In this document: positions 39,380 through 52,000 of the stretch, piece by piece | Layout of the letters: every line of letters starts with the position of its first letter | Position numbering within the stretch: the stretch's first letter is position 1 | DNA from: Blasia pusilla | Lineage: Eukaryota | Length of the DNA stretch: 64,000 bases | Assembly: GCA_050084515.1 (NCBI GenBank) | Contig: CM114271.1 | Location: 28,024,001 to 28,088,000, forward strand | Direction of reading: 5' to 3' | Position numbers and translations under genes: made by a program | The notes under the pieces: model-generated | Told to the model about the DNA's origin: nothing | The model's input: only the letters and a program-made list of their open reading frames with translations | Database searches by the model: none

Positions 39380-40460
39380 GTCTAAGCCTCTTTTGCACTA
39401 ATCTAGTCTTTTAAAATGACATGTCATTAATTTATAAGAATTCTATTTTTTAAAGAAAATATTACATTAAAAAAATTCCATGTCATATCCTCTAGTCATT
39501 TCTAGTAATTAATTAATATAATATTATGCCACCTAGGCCTCCCTAGTTACATGTAGTTGTATTAGATTTCAATTGTAAGTGACTAACAACCCATGTCTAA
39601 GTCCTTTATGCACTAATCTAGTTATTTATAATTATATGGCATTAATTTATACTAATTATATTTAAAAATATTTTTTAATATCCTAAATAAAATTCCATGT
39701 CATACCCTCTAGTCATTCTTAATAACTGACTAATACTATATTATCCCACCTAGGCCTTGTCGTACGCATACACATCGCCACACAACAAATATCGCAGTCG
39801 ACAAATATACACACAAACCAGCACGATCCCATGCTAACTCATGGCATCCAAACAACGACACAAGAAGTACCAAAATATCTCCAATAAATCCAATAGATCC
39901 AATCTCTCTCTCAACACCATAGCTGTCAAATGTGTGCATTCTCACATGTATCTCAATGTCAAACCAAATCCACTCTCCTAATGAGAGGTTTGAGTTACAC
40001 TCACAAGGCAAACAAGACTATAGCTCCGCCGCCTCATGCCAAGAGGTTCAACAAAGAGAGAATGAGCTCTCAAGCTCTCTCTCCTTGAGGTATATCCCCT
40101 TTCCTCTCCCAAGCTCTCTCCTCGGTAACCTATACTCGCAAGTCACCTCCTTGGCTTTTGACCCACTGTAGCGAGTCAAGGGCCACTTCCCACAATGGAA
40201 AGTCAACTCTACCAAACATGGAAACTTACCCAAAATAGTGAGTTTCTCTATATGGCTCCAAATGAGCCAAAACGAAGGGGAAATTTGATCTCTCAGGTTT
40301 CCCGAAACCTTAGCAGGTCATCCTCAATCTCCTAAGCCTGTCCTCCTCTACTCGCAAAGGCGCTCTACCAGATCTCTCCGATCTATCCTAAAAATTCGTG
40401 ACAGCCTTTTAAGTTACATGTACTTGTATTTTAGTTGTATTGGACTTTAGTTGTAAAGAC
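39380..40460. repeat. ~215-bp tandem subterminal repeats of the outer CACTA, second unit split by a solo LTR
   Basis: GTCTAAG...GCACTAATCTAGT at ~39380 and ~39595; ACCTAGGCCT...AGTTACATG continues after the insertion at 40404. Confidence 0.75.
39758..40403. mobile_element. Solo LTR-like element, family B (646 bp)
   Basis: TGTCGT...CGTGACA termini; 4-bp TSD GCCT; second copy in opposite orientation at 56710-57347. Confidence 0.85.
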
Positions 40461-42379
40461 TTAGTGCCAAAAACACCATATTCCTTCTAGTGTTTTTATG
40501 AGCTTATAGAGCCCTCCCCATTGCAACGATAGGAAGTGAATGGATTGGGAGTTGCTAATAATAAGCTATAAGTTGTAGGACGTAATGTAGAAAGATTTCT
40601 TCAATTAATTTCATTTTGATTATACACATCAAGCGAGCTTTGCTCTCAATTCTCAACTACATGATTGTGTGTTTCATGCTAAGGCTAGTTGTATAGAAGA
40701 GTGGTTTTCAATCTGCCTCAAAGTGTATCGTATCTTTTGTGGTTCTTTATGATTTGAGCCATAGATATGTGATATATTTTTTTTATTAGAGAGCTCTATC
40801 TCTGTTATATTTCTCCATGTGATAAATACAAAAGGTTAACAAATGGTGCAAGTTGATTGTTCCATCGATCAACTCCAAATTCGGTACAAGGGGAAGAAAA
40901 GGGATTGTAACTGTGATTTTCTTGAGTTATTGCAATATTATTTAAATAACAATATTCTTTACTCTAAGTATTCCTCTTGCAAACTCCCTCTTCCTCCCAA
41001 GGAAGAGGGAGTTTGCAAGAGGAGTACTCAAAGTGAAAATAAAGCAAAAAGACGTATAGATATATCGTCCATGTGCACAACAAGCTCTCCAAGTAGCCAA
41101 GAAATATCAACTTGTAGCCTAATTATGCATGCAAAGAAGACGCGAACATAATAACCTGAATAAAGCCAAGGGACCTAGGAAGTGCAAGTATGCAATAAGT
41201 ATGGTATCTATTTAGTTTCACTTTTACTAGTATTATTAAACGCTTGAAGTTTGGATTGAAGTTTGAGTTTGCATGAGGCTAACACGACTACTTTAAATTA
41301 TAGCTACTTGGGGAGAATTTGTCCACCTATTACTAGCCGCCAATTTCTATTCTACTAATACAAATCCACTAGAAATTTAGCATTTAGAGCAAGAAATCAC
41401 TCAAAGTCCTAGATTTAACTTTCTTCACGTTTTGAATATAAGTGAAAAATATCCAACAACCAACGATTAGTGACATGCATCACTTCAAAATTCTTCTTAC
41501 ATCACTCTCAAATCACACATCCTAGTACGCACGATTCATTGTGCCCGAATCTTTAATGGAAGATTTTTCATTTAATTTAAACAAAATCTACCATATAAAA
41601 TCAAAGGAATTTCTTTCCTTCAATGATATCCTCAAGTAACTTCTTCCCTAGAGATCATAAATTTTTTCCTATGTTGCTACAAGCTATGGAAGTCATTCAT
41701 GTGAATTGATGCTGAAATTATTGGACTTGTGTATAGAAGCGTCTTTTACAAGCAAAGCTTGCTTCCATTCCAAGATGATTTTACCATTAGCCTCTTTGGA
41801 AGCGCCGATTATAGGGCATACTTATTCCAATTGGTTTGTCATGATCTTGATAGTGACTTATGTTTTAGAGAATCTCTCGAGGAATCATCTTTGCAAATCT
41901 TTCACTTATTTGAGTGTATGAGTGAGTATGACATTATTTTTTTGCTTTATCCCCATACACTCATCGAGACGATTTTCTCTCAAACCTCTTGTCAAATTTT
42001 CAATATAAATCAATGAATTTATCCATCGCTTCCAAACTTCACTAGAATTTAAAAAAAATTGAAAGGGACCATATTGGCGGGAGGATATGCCTATTGGTTC
42101 AATGAAAAACACTTTCTACGGCGCTGACATTATGATCCACAAGTAACAGGCGTAACCTATTCGATTGTATCACTTGAGAAACTTGGTCGTCTCTAGAGTT
42201 ATCTATGCTCATACTTTAAAAAAGTTTCAAAGACATACCTATTAGCTGATCAACACTTTGCCATAAAATGCTCTTTAAGAGATTATGGGGGATAAAATCC
42301 ATAACATCCAATTCTGAATAGATATGTGTTCATCACAAACGAGATCGTTAGTATCTTTATTGCCTTTTCAAGACTCTGC

Positions 42380-43081
42380 CATTTTGCTACAATGTCCACT
42401 AGAGTATTTACAAAAATTGATCTGAGGCACGAATCAAAGTCAAAGGTCCGCGTCCATACCAATACTACCTACAATTGGCTTGGTGTTAAAACCTTAAATC
42501 CAACCTCTTAGTTGATCGCATGCCCTTGGTTCATCCCCATGGTTCCCAAGCTGGGATTTAAGTTTCAAACACCCTAGGAGACTCCTCCCCTTTTGAATAG
42601 TTCTAGAAAACTCCATATCCTACATTTAACCATAGAATTCCTATTAAGGCACTCCTTGTGGTCCTCAACCTAAACTATCATTTGGATAATTTTAGGCGCA
42701 TGTCAGAACTTTGCTTATGCGTTTATCTGGATCTTTGGCGCGTTCTTACAATCCGACTCATCCCAAACATATCTTGCATCTAGTTGTTATGACTTGAAAT
42801 TTGGAGAACCCTTAAAAGATCAATGAGTTTCCAATTGAGATTGTAGTCTTCTTGGAGTCCAACTATTGAGGGGCTTGAACTCTTCTCAAGTTCCACCCAA
42901 TGTTTGATCATGCTCTCCCGGGTAACAACCTTCATTATCCTAGATGCCTGTTAAGGCTCATATCTTGCTTCTACAACTCTTGTCTTGCTTATAAGATTGC
43001 GACGTGTTTTCATCATAGTGTGAATTTAGTAGAGTTTTGTTGTTTTATTTTGGCGCGTGTTTTATTACTAGAATCGTAACA
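42380..43081 (+). mobile_element. Diverged LTR family A remnant (left boundary approximate)
   Basis: Colinear patches with 15000-15625 (CATGCCCTTG, TTGTGGTCCTCAACC, CTTATGCGTTT, TCCCAAAC); ends TCGTAACA. Confidence 0.65.
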
Positions 43082-44867
43082 TAAAATGATCTTGCAAAGT
43101 AATTGCATACCACAACAAATATGTCATTTGTGATTGGAAAAATAAAAATAAAAATAAAACTAACTGTCTTGTGTTAAAAAGACAAGATAAACAAGATTTT
43201 TTTGAATATACTTATTAAAATAAACGAAATATGTTAAAATCTCACATTGAAAAATAAACAAGACTAATGTTGGATAATCTATATTATTATTGGAGAGTGT
43301 CTTCTTGATTTGCAAACACCTCTATGCTTTGTATGTGGCAACTGGGCAACAAGAAAATGTTTCAATAAGAAAATTTAGATTTGTGTGCCGTATCATTAGT
43401 CCCTTCATGGGCTATACACTAGCAAAAACTGTTCAAACCCTTTTTTGTTTCCGTAGGCGCAAGCACCTTACTAGTTTACATTACCCGTCGTTGGGCCGGT
43501 GACTAATTGAACCCAAAAACAACCCCATACAATACACCTCCAAGTGTTAAAATTGGATAGGCTGAAAAGGCCATGTGTCAAAAGAGAGATGTTTTAAATT
43601 CCATAAGACACCCTCCCGTGATAATATGGAAGATTTGGAACAGGGGAAGAAGGATAAGATCGTGGGCTTATATTCCATCGGAAAGGAACGTTGTGATGCG
43701 GAAAGTGAAACGGACAGGGGCTTCGCAATGCGGGAAACAAAGTCGCTGGTTCGCCCAGCAAAGACGCACCCCCTTTCACTTTATCCTGACAATCCACGGG
43801 ACGGCGTGAAACGATGGAAGCCTGTCTTATCTGTCCCGTCGGCGTCCACCCTCTAACCAACCAATGCAAAACGGACGGATGCGGACGCACCGACCGGCCC
43901 GTCCATCCATCCATCCAGCAACGGTATATGGCATGGACATGCGTGATAGATCCAGCGCATATCACGCCATGGGTGGCTGCATGCATGACCATTAGTGTTG
44001 CTGTGGAAGGGCATGTTCCATCACATCATCCATCCATCGATGGCACGTCTCTCTCTCTCTCTGGCTCTGCCGCACGTTGTCTAGGTCTTCTGCAGTGCCC
44101 CTCACATGTTTCTCTCTTTCGCATGCACCGCTCTCTTTGTTCCTCCTTCTTCTGCTTCCGCTGCGCGATTCAGCTCGTCGAGTCTGGGCTGGTCTGTTGC
44201 GTTCTGGACTCTGGTCCGCCCTGCTCGCTCTGCAGCGAGGGTTCGTTCGGCCTCGCATCAGGTCCTCATAATCATCGATCGCCTGCCGCCGCTCTTTGAT
44301 CTTTCTCGATCGAGGTGCACGAGGCGGTTTGAGGTCGTTTGGCGCACTCTTACACAGGGGTCAGCATTAGAACACGTTTAGAATTACCTTCCATCGACCC
44401 TGCTGGGGTTGAAGAGAGTGAGAGTGAGAGAGAGAGAGAGAGAGGTTGAGCGAAGTCGAGAGGTCTAGGGCGTGTCGGTTAGGGCGTGAGCGGAGTCGAG
44501 GTTGATTTGGAAAGACACAGGAGCGGTGAGCAGCGGAAGGCTGTCTTCGCCCTTCGCCCGGGGGCTCCATTGAGTTTCGCGGCCAAGTGTCGTTGAAACT
44601 GGCGGATAGTGTGGGTGGAAGACGAGGAAGTGGCCATCTAGGTACTGATACTTCGAGGCCGTGAATTAGGATAAAGTGGGGCAGGTTAGAACAGGACAAG
44701 TGTTGTGTTGATCGTGTCGAGGATTAAGCCGGACGGAAGGAAGCCAAATTTGACTTGAAGGGGTGAGGGGACGTTCAGACGAGGAGAAAGCGAAGAACAC
44801 TTGGGAGGGTTATTTGTGTTCGCTGCCACCAGGCCTGGAGAAGAGGTAGAGAACCTCAGTCGTGAAA

Positions 44868-46259
44868 ATGCAGTCTATCGTAGGTCAAGGCGGGTTTGGA
44901 GAGAAGAGTGGGAAGAGTGGTCTGGGGAACAGCAGCAGGAAGAAGAGGAAGGGAGGGAGGAGAACATCGCATGCGCGTCCTTTCTGCGGAGACACGGGCA
45001 TGTCGGAGGGGGGAAATCGGGAGGGAAGCGTGCAAATGTGCTGGGATGAAAAGGGTGTGGACGTAGTGGGCGTCGACGAGGAAGAGGAGGAGTTGGAAAG
45101 CTGCAGCGTGAGTCCAGCCTCCGTCTCGCAGAGGGAGACAATGAGTTCCTCCTTGTGGAGCACTCTGCCCGATCACTTGCTTGATAGCATTCTTGCGCGT
45201 TTACCCATACAAACGTTCTTTCGTTGCCGCTTGGTGTGTAAAAGTTGGAACACACACATGTTCACGCGTAGCTTTTTGGAAGCCTATGCGGATATTCCTT
45301 CGCAAGGGCCTTGGTTTTTCTTCTTTACTCACGATGAGAGGAACCACGTATCTACTTACGATTCGGCATTGAACAAGTGGCACCGGATCCCGCTCTCTCC
45401 ACCCCACAGTAACACTAACCCTTTCTCAGCGGCAGATGGTGGTCTGGTTTGCTACTTTTCCTACGAGAATGGATCTAAGAGCGTTGTGGTTTGCAATCCT
45501 TTGACAAAGTCATGTCGCAGATTGCCTCCTTTGCTGAAAACTCCTTCCAAGGTTACTATGTTAGCCATGGCCTTTGACAGAGTCGCCAAAACCTACAAAG
45601 TGGTGGTAGCCGGGGTCGCGAAGTTCGATCATGGTAGGTTCTTGAATACAGCAGAAGTCTATGATTCACAGACACAGTGCTGGACGACAACCGGAAACAT
45701 TCCTGCTACCCACACACTCAAAGGGAAACCCATATTTTCTCAAGGATTTCTGTACGTGCGGAGTCAAGCGCAGCGGAGTTACCTGTTGGCTTACAACATG
45801 GATCAAGGGTCGTGGAGTGATTTGCAGGCTCCTTTACCGTCTACGGTTAGGCACGGAGAGCTGTTGGAGTGGCAAGGGCGAATCATGATGGTTGGAGAGT
45901 TGGAAGAGGATCACAAGATCCAGAGCATATGTATTTGGGAGCTTCAAACCGCAAGCTTGAAGTGGAAAGAGGTTGACCGATTGCCGGCTGGACTCTTCGA
46001 GGGCTTCTTTGGAGATAAGGACTATTTCCAATGTAACGAGCGGGACGATGTGATATTGGATTGGTGCCAGGCAGGTCGCTTCGTGCTGCTATTTACCTAC
46101 AACCTCTATGATATGAGAGGGCGATGCAAGCTACTCGTCTACGATCTCTCGAGGAAGTCGTGGCAGAAGTTGCAAAGCTTCTCAAGAACAGACGTTTGTG
46201 GGACAGGGCGCATCATCAGGGGAATTTTCCACGAACCCAGATTGGATGCGACGGCATAG
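44868..46259 (+). CDS. F-box protein with Kelch-like beta-propeller (LCR/FBX6-HWS-UFO-like group), intronless CDS
   Basis: Uninterrupted 463-aa frame from ATG 44868 (downstream ATGs are alternative starts); F-box LWSTLPDHLLDSILARLP...CRLVCKSWN; GGLVC, VVCNPLTK, AEVYDS, WKEVDRLP, C-terminal EPRLDA. Confidence 0.93.
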   Translation: MQSIVGQGGFGEKSGKSGLGNSSRKKRKGGRRTSHARPFCGDTGMSEGGNREGSVQMCWDEKGVDVVGVDEEEEELESCSVSPASVSQRETMSSSLWSTLPDHLLDSILARLPIQTFFRCRLVCKSWNTHMFTRSFLEAYADIPSQGPWFFFFTHDERNHVSTYDSALNKWHRIPLSPPHSNTNPFSAADGGLVCYFSYENGSKSVVVCNPLTKSCRRLPPLLKTPSKVTMLAMAFDRVAKTYKVVVAGVAKFDHGRFLNTAEVYDSQTQCWTTTGNIPATHTLKGKPIFSQGFLYVRSQAQRSYLLAYNMDQGSWSDLQAPLPSTVRHGELLEWQGRIMMVGELEEDHKIQSICIWELQTASLKWKEVDRLPAGLFEGFFGDKDYFQCNERDDVILDWCQAGRFVLLFTYNLYDMRGRCKLLVYDLSRKSWQKLQSFSRTDVCGTGRIIRGIFHEPRLDATA

Positions 46260-48740
46260 CTAAGGACAGACTTGTCGAATTTTGTTACGTACATGAAGAG
46301 GAGGTCAATTTGTGCAGCCTTATGTGTGAATTTTTTCGCAGACGTGTTTAGTTGTTGCATGTTCTACTCTTGTGGAACAAGTCATGTGGAATGACGTCAT
46401 TTTTGATTCCAAACATGAATGTCAGCTGCTGGTACCCTACTCTGGAAGCAGTGTTCCAGAACTGGGTCGGCTGGCATCCTCCTTCGTACTGAAATGGGAC
46501 AAGGCGAATGTAGGACAGCTCGTTTCACCTGTGTTATGCCCTGGAAGATGAATCAGGGGCACTTGGTCACTTCCGGGAGGGATGAATCATGTTGGGTGAG
46601 ATAGCTGAAGCAGAGAAACAGGCTGAGTCGTCTGTCTGTTCCACACGGGCAGGGTTGCGAGCGGATTCTCCTTGAGTCTCTGCAGGAGAGCATGAGAGTT
46701 CCGATGCCTTCAGTCTTTTGTCCCATGGCTACAGTTGTAAATAGAAAGATCCTCAGCTAGATAAGGTTGCAGTTGCCTCGTGTAGTCAAATGCTAATATA
46801 TCCAAGGTGCAGAAATAAAATTGTTTAATTACTTTGCAAGTTTGAGGTTCTCGTAAATTGTCTAGTCGGAAATATCCGATGCGTAGGTGGGAAGGTTCCT
46901 ACGGTGGACTACATCGATCTGTCTTACCCTGTGACTGAAATGGTATGCGACTGGCTTTGAAGTCCAGTCCTCCCTTCAATAAGTCTTGTTTTGAAAGTCG
47001 CCGAGTACATGTATGAAAGTAGGACCAGTTCGCTCAAGATTGTTGCGTTGTGTGTGAACTTCAAATGAATGAATGAATGTGATCACACATTTGTCAGTGT
47101 TTCCTATGCCAGACTCAAAGTGAACAATTAGATTTTCGAATGGATTTCTCGGACGATGAGAGTCGGGCGTTCAAGGATGCCACAAATACTTCGCAGACAT
47201 TTGGTAGACTGCACTTAGGTGACCCGGAGTTCATTCTGCTTGGCGTTGCAGGCCCCGCAGCTCTTTTGCTTGCTCTCTACCTTCTTGAGTCTGGGATCGA
47301 TTGGTACGCAACTGAGCTCGGTTAGATGCCGTTGAAAAGTCTCCCAGTTGTTTCATGTGGACCCACAATGCGCAGGTCCTTCTGCACCTCGGCACAGGGG
47401 TGCAGATTAGAGTGAATTAGTCCTAATGTGGACTCTTGTCGGGAAGTCGAGGTGTGCCGTACGGTAGTTTTGAAGCCTCATGAACATCCAAGTCCCTCAC
47501 TTGAAGCAGTCTTGAATAACGGGTACGAACATGCATGCCCATTGTGAAGATTACATATATGCTGGCGGTAGTGTAGGTAACACTTGTCATATGGGCTCGT
47601 GTACTGGATGATTCCAGAAACGAATGGTTTTAAAACCCTGTGAAGGCGGCGAAGATTTTGTGGAGCTTGCCGCTGGGGACAATCCACGGGCATCAAACTG
47701 TCTTTAGACGTAACGAGTGGTAATTTCTGGATAACGAACGGCACGCTCTCTTGAAAACGTGAAATTTAGATGGAACAAATTCCAACTCAGACAAAGCTTA
47801 CTTTGGGGAGCGCAAGTGTCCACGAATCGTGGATCCATGGGAGTATGTACCTACACTTGCAGTGAGTGCTCTGTCGATCCCTGCACCTAGAAGTGACCTC
47901 GAGTTCGTCGCAAGAGATGCAAATCGGTGAAAAGTCACCCGAGCAAGTCCGGTTAGAAACGCCGGAGATTCTGAAATAGTTTTCTCCTTGTAGCATCGCG
48001 TCCACCTCCAGCTAGGCGACGGGTTGCCCATCTCACTTCCGGGGCCGAGAGAAATGATCGCTCACATCCAGGTGGATGAGTTTACAGGTTTCTCGTGTCC
48101 AGTGCGAATGCCGTACAGGTGCGGAGCCACTGCGGTCGGAGGAGAACGTTGCCCGCGCACCTCATACCAGTCCTGGTAACAAGCTGGGGCTGTGAGAAAC
48201 TTTGAACATGAAGTTAAAGGAACACTTTCCCCACAGCGGGGCAAGGAGCAAGAACTTGGATGTTCGGCTTTTCAGACCGCCTGCGAACAAGTTCCAGACT
48301 TTTACTGTTTCGTGGCAGATTTGCCGCAAGGTATACGGTACATCATGTCGCCTGCTTAGTACAGTCGATTGCGTATGTATGATTGGAGGACCTCGCAGCT
48401 TTTCTTGACCGGACCGATCACCGATGCCTACCCTGCTGTGCCTCGCTCGCTGACGGACAGGGTCTTTCTTTTGGTCCAATGAAGCACCCTGGTGCGACGC
48501 GCGGCGCATCGAATGTGCATCTGCAAGCCTACCTCTATTACGCCTATTACGACACTCCCTTTGCAGCTTCACCAAGGAATCAGCTCGAGCCCTCTCAACC
48601 AACGAACCCACCCGTCCGTCCCCCAGGAATCCTGGATTTTGGTAACCTCCTCCCCTCCCGTCAGACTCCAGAGTCTAGCACGTCCTAGATGTTTCAGCAC
48701 CTCTCTCTCTCCGTCTCGAAGACCGGTACAGTCCGGTCTG

Positions 48741-49053
48741 TATATAAATTGTAAGCGGTATACTTCGACCCGAACGTGTTTTCGACACAAAATAGGAAGG
48801 CACACCCCACTGCCCGGGCATCTTCTTCCCCGCAAGGCAGAAACGGGAATTCCTAATTCTAACAGGCTAGCTCTACACGTTGCCGAACCAGACCTTAGGT
48901 CTAGGTCTAGTCAGCGGTGACATACTTCGTACGTATTTTTCTCCTTTGGGAGGGCATACGTGTCCACGTGCTTCGATGTGGAGGGGGCTCCTTTCTCCAT
49001 GACAACTCCAACTCCCGAGTCCCGATTCCTCCTCCCCTGTTGGTCAACACGTG
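48741..49053. promoter_or_regulatory. Putative promoter: TATA-like box plus ABRE/G-box cluster
   Basis: TATATAAA 48741-48748; ACGTGTC 48958-48964; CACGTG 48965-48970 and 49048-49053, at the edge of a GC-rich island. Confidence 0.35.
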
Positions 49054-52000
49054 CCCCGCCTCACACACTTGATTCCCGGGAGGTGGGCCTCCTTAATTAG
49101 TCTACGTATTTTTCGTACTGGCACTCCGTTCAAAGACATTCTTTATCCGTTGAGTTCCAGCTCTCGTCCATTTTTAATTCTGTTTAATTATTTTCTCGAT
49201 ATATTCTCATTCTCATAGTTCTTCTTGGAAATTTCTAGGTGATATCATCTTCTGTGTTCCGACCCATCTTTTCAGAAAAAATACGATGGGAAGGGATGCA
49301 GTTCATATACGAACAGAAGAAATCAAGATAAAACTTGGAATAAAGATTATGGTGGATAGCACGGAAAAGAAAAGTAAGTGTGAAAATCTTTGCATGCAAA
49401 CTAATTTTGCAATAATATAACTGACAACCCCTAAAGTAATGAAGATATGGTTAATAAAAGAAAACTTATGATTAGAGCTTTTCTCACTCTTGGAGCGTCA
49501 ATGCAAGAACAAAGATATACATGTTTATTTTATGAGTTAAAATCTTGTATAATAGAGTGATATTCATTTGTCCTCTTTCTTTTTTGGGCTATGATTATTT
49601 CTTGAAATTGATAATGATTTCATCATGCATCCCACTAGTATGCATGTACTGGGGGTTCAAAAGCCTAGTAGATCGGGAGGACACTTGTTTACAAAATAAG
49701 AGGGAAATTATAGAATTTGTCTCTTAACATTTATAAACTTTAAACCTTAATCCTTTGTATACCAATCTCTAATTGTTATCATGAAAGTCTTTCATAGGCG
49801 TGTTATCTTGCTCCACTCTTGCATAGCCAAAATCTAAATCTCGATTAAGAATAGATTTTCTTCGTCTGTTAACTAATGGATTTCTTTTAATCGCATCATC
49901 ATGATGCTCAATACTATGCGCCTTTCTTGACATGTACCACCCTACCACCATGAAGGGGTTGATATTCTCCTAGACCAACTCATCCATTGAGGTTGTGCAA
50001 CTAATTTTTAATATTGTAAAGCTAAATCAAGACACTTCTTTACATCTAATATCCAATCACCAATTATTGCCATTGGGTTGGGATTCAATCATGGTAATCT
50101 TAACTTGACTTGATTTCCTAGTCTTAACTATAACATGTAACATCCATTTTGTGAAACAAGTCATGGAACCCACTATTCAATGCCAAGCTAAACCGCCTCT
50201 CTTTGTCATAAAAAGTGACGAGGTTTTCTTATCACGGAAACCCTCTCCAAGTTGTTTTATATTTTGTATACCTATTCTTATCATAAGGCCAATTCTAGAC
50301 ACTTGATTTTGTAGTGAGGAAAAGTAACATGATGTAAGTTGGTAGGGTGGGACCCTATGGCCCTCGTCAAATGTAGACCTGCATTATGAGAGGCCATGCC
50401 TCCATGCTAAACAAGAATTTTTTTTCTTCTTAAAGCATATGGAGCTAAATTTTACCTTCATACATGGAAGGAAGAGCAAGCCATACAAACATGGAAAATG
50501 AATATATTTTTTCTTTCATGAAAAAGCCAAGTTGTATTGTAACATTAAGTGACTCTAGGCCTTACCATCTTGACTTTGGAAGAATTATCTTCGCACATAT
50601 ACCTTCATTTAAGCTCTCCGCTTACCTTGAGACATGCCCAAATTTGATCTATTTCTCCCCAATTTAAGAAAATGTATATCTAGAAATGATGAGTCATACT
50701 ATTGACATAAATTGTGATCCTATGCTACACATATTGTTAGAACTTTGTCTCCTTCCCAAAACACCATAATATTTTTGAATCAAAACTAAATTTTCTTATC
50801 ACATTATTATTAGTCAACTTATTATGAGTGGCAAACTACTTCTAGATTACCTTGGAATGCGCAAAGTCCATGAAAATTTGGTGGAGTTCTTGCTCTAGGA
50901 CAAACTATTGCTGTTTGTCCTATGTTTGGTAGCTTTGTTTCCTATATTGTAGTTGTCCTTATTAACGAAAGCCTTTGTGATAAACTATTCCCATGCATGT
51001 CATATGTGAAGTCTTTCACTTTTTTTAAAAGAGAAAAAGAAAAGATAATCACCCAATCATAAGTTGAGGGGATGATAGAGAAAGAGAGGTTATAGGTTTA
51101 GTTCTTAAGCTAATTTATATATTTTCCCTATTCTATCTAAAATTTTCCCGAATCTCCCTCATATATGTTATTTTTATCCTAAAATTAATTTTAGAATTTA
51201 TAGATTTTTTCCGCAGTTCAATTTTTGGAGCCTCACTCTAAAATGAGTTTTCCATTTTTTCTTATCTTCTGAAAAAAATTATCAATTTCTTTAATTTTGG
51301 TTGGAAGAGAATTTAAATTCTGTCTTGGAATTTAAAAATTTTGGAATAATTTTTTAAATAATCCAAGGAATTATTATTATATTTTTAAAATAAAAGGATT
51401 TCATTTTTCATAACCAGAAATATTCATTGCAAATGGAATGAATCTTAACGACTATTCCCATTAGTTTCTTGTGTGTGAAACTCCATGATTGAGACATGTT
51501 TTCAAAGGCGTAAGATGGTAGTTCTCAATATGTTGGACTTCTCAATATTTGCCTAATTTTTTAAAGATAAATTTCCATATTATATTGGTTATTATAAAAT
51601 ATGGTCCCTAAACCCTAAACCACCCTATTTTGATTCCTATCCATCTTTGTCTTGTGAGCTCCAAATTACTAAGTACTAGTAACAACGCTCTTTGCAAAAT
51701 TACAATTTTTATTGGAAATTTTTTTCAGTGCATATGACATAAAAGGAAAAATTGCACTCTACATAGAGATTCAATATATATCTGGTGGCTTCATATTATC
51801 ATGAATTTTCATCACTATACAAAATTTAAATAGTTTCTCTAATAGCTTCAAATTTGGTAAGTTCACATTTTGCTCCTTATCATTTTTATCATTTCCAATG
51901 GTATTACGGATCAAACTCGTAGAATCATGTATGGAGAATTTTCATATGAAGGCATTGGATCTAAAAAGATGACATAAAAATATTTAGGATAGATAGGATC

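Noticed and set aside
45968-45987. Possible miR394 target site at the WKEVDRLP codons of the F-box gene (position of the LCR site)
   Set aside because: AGAGGTTGACCGATTGCCGG differs from the perfect target GGAGGTGGACAGAATGCCAA at 6 of 20 positions, including the centre; similarity is explained by protein conservation.
48162-48920. Overlapping 100-150 aa ORFs on both strands
   Set aside because: Non-ATG starts, no family motifs; expected in GC-rich DNA.
51606-51620. CCCTAAACCCTAAAC telomere-like sequence
   Set aside because: Only two units; expected as a telo-box-like or chance match.
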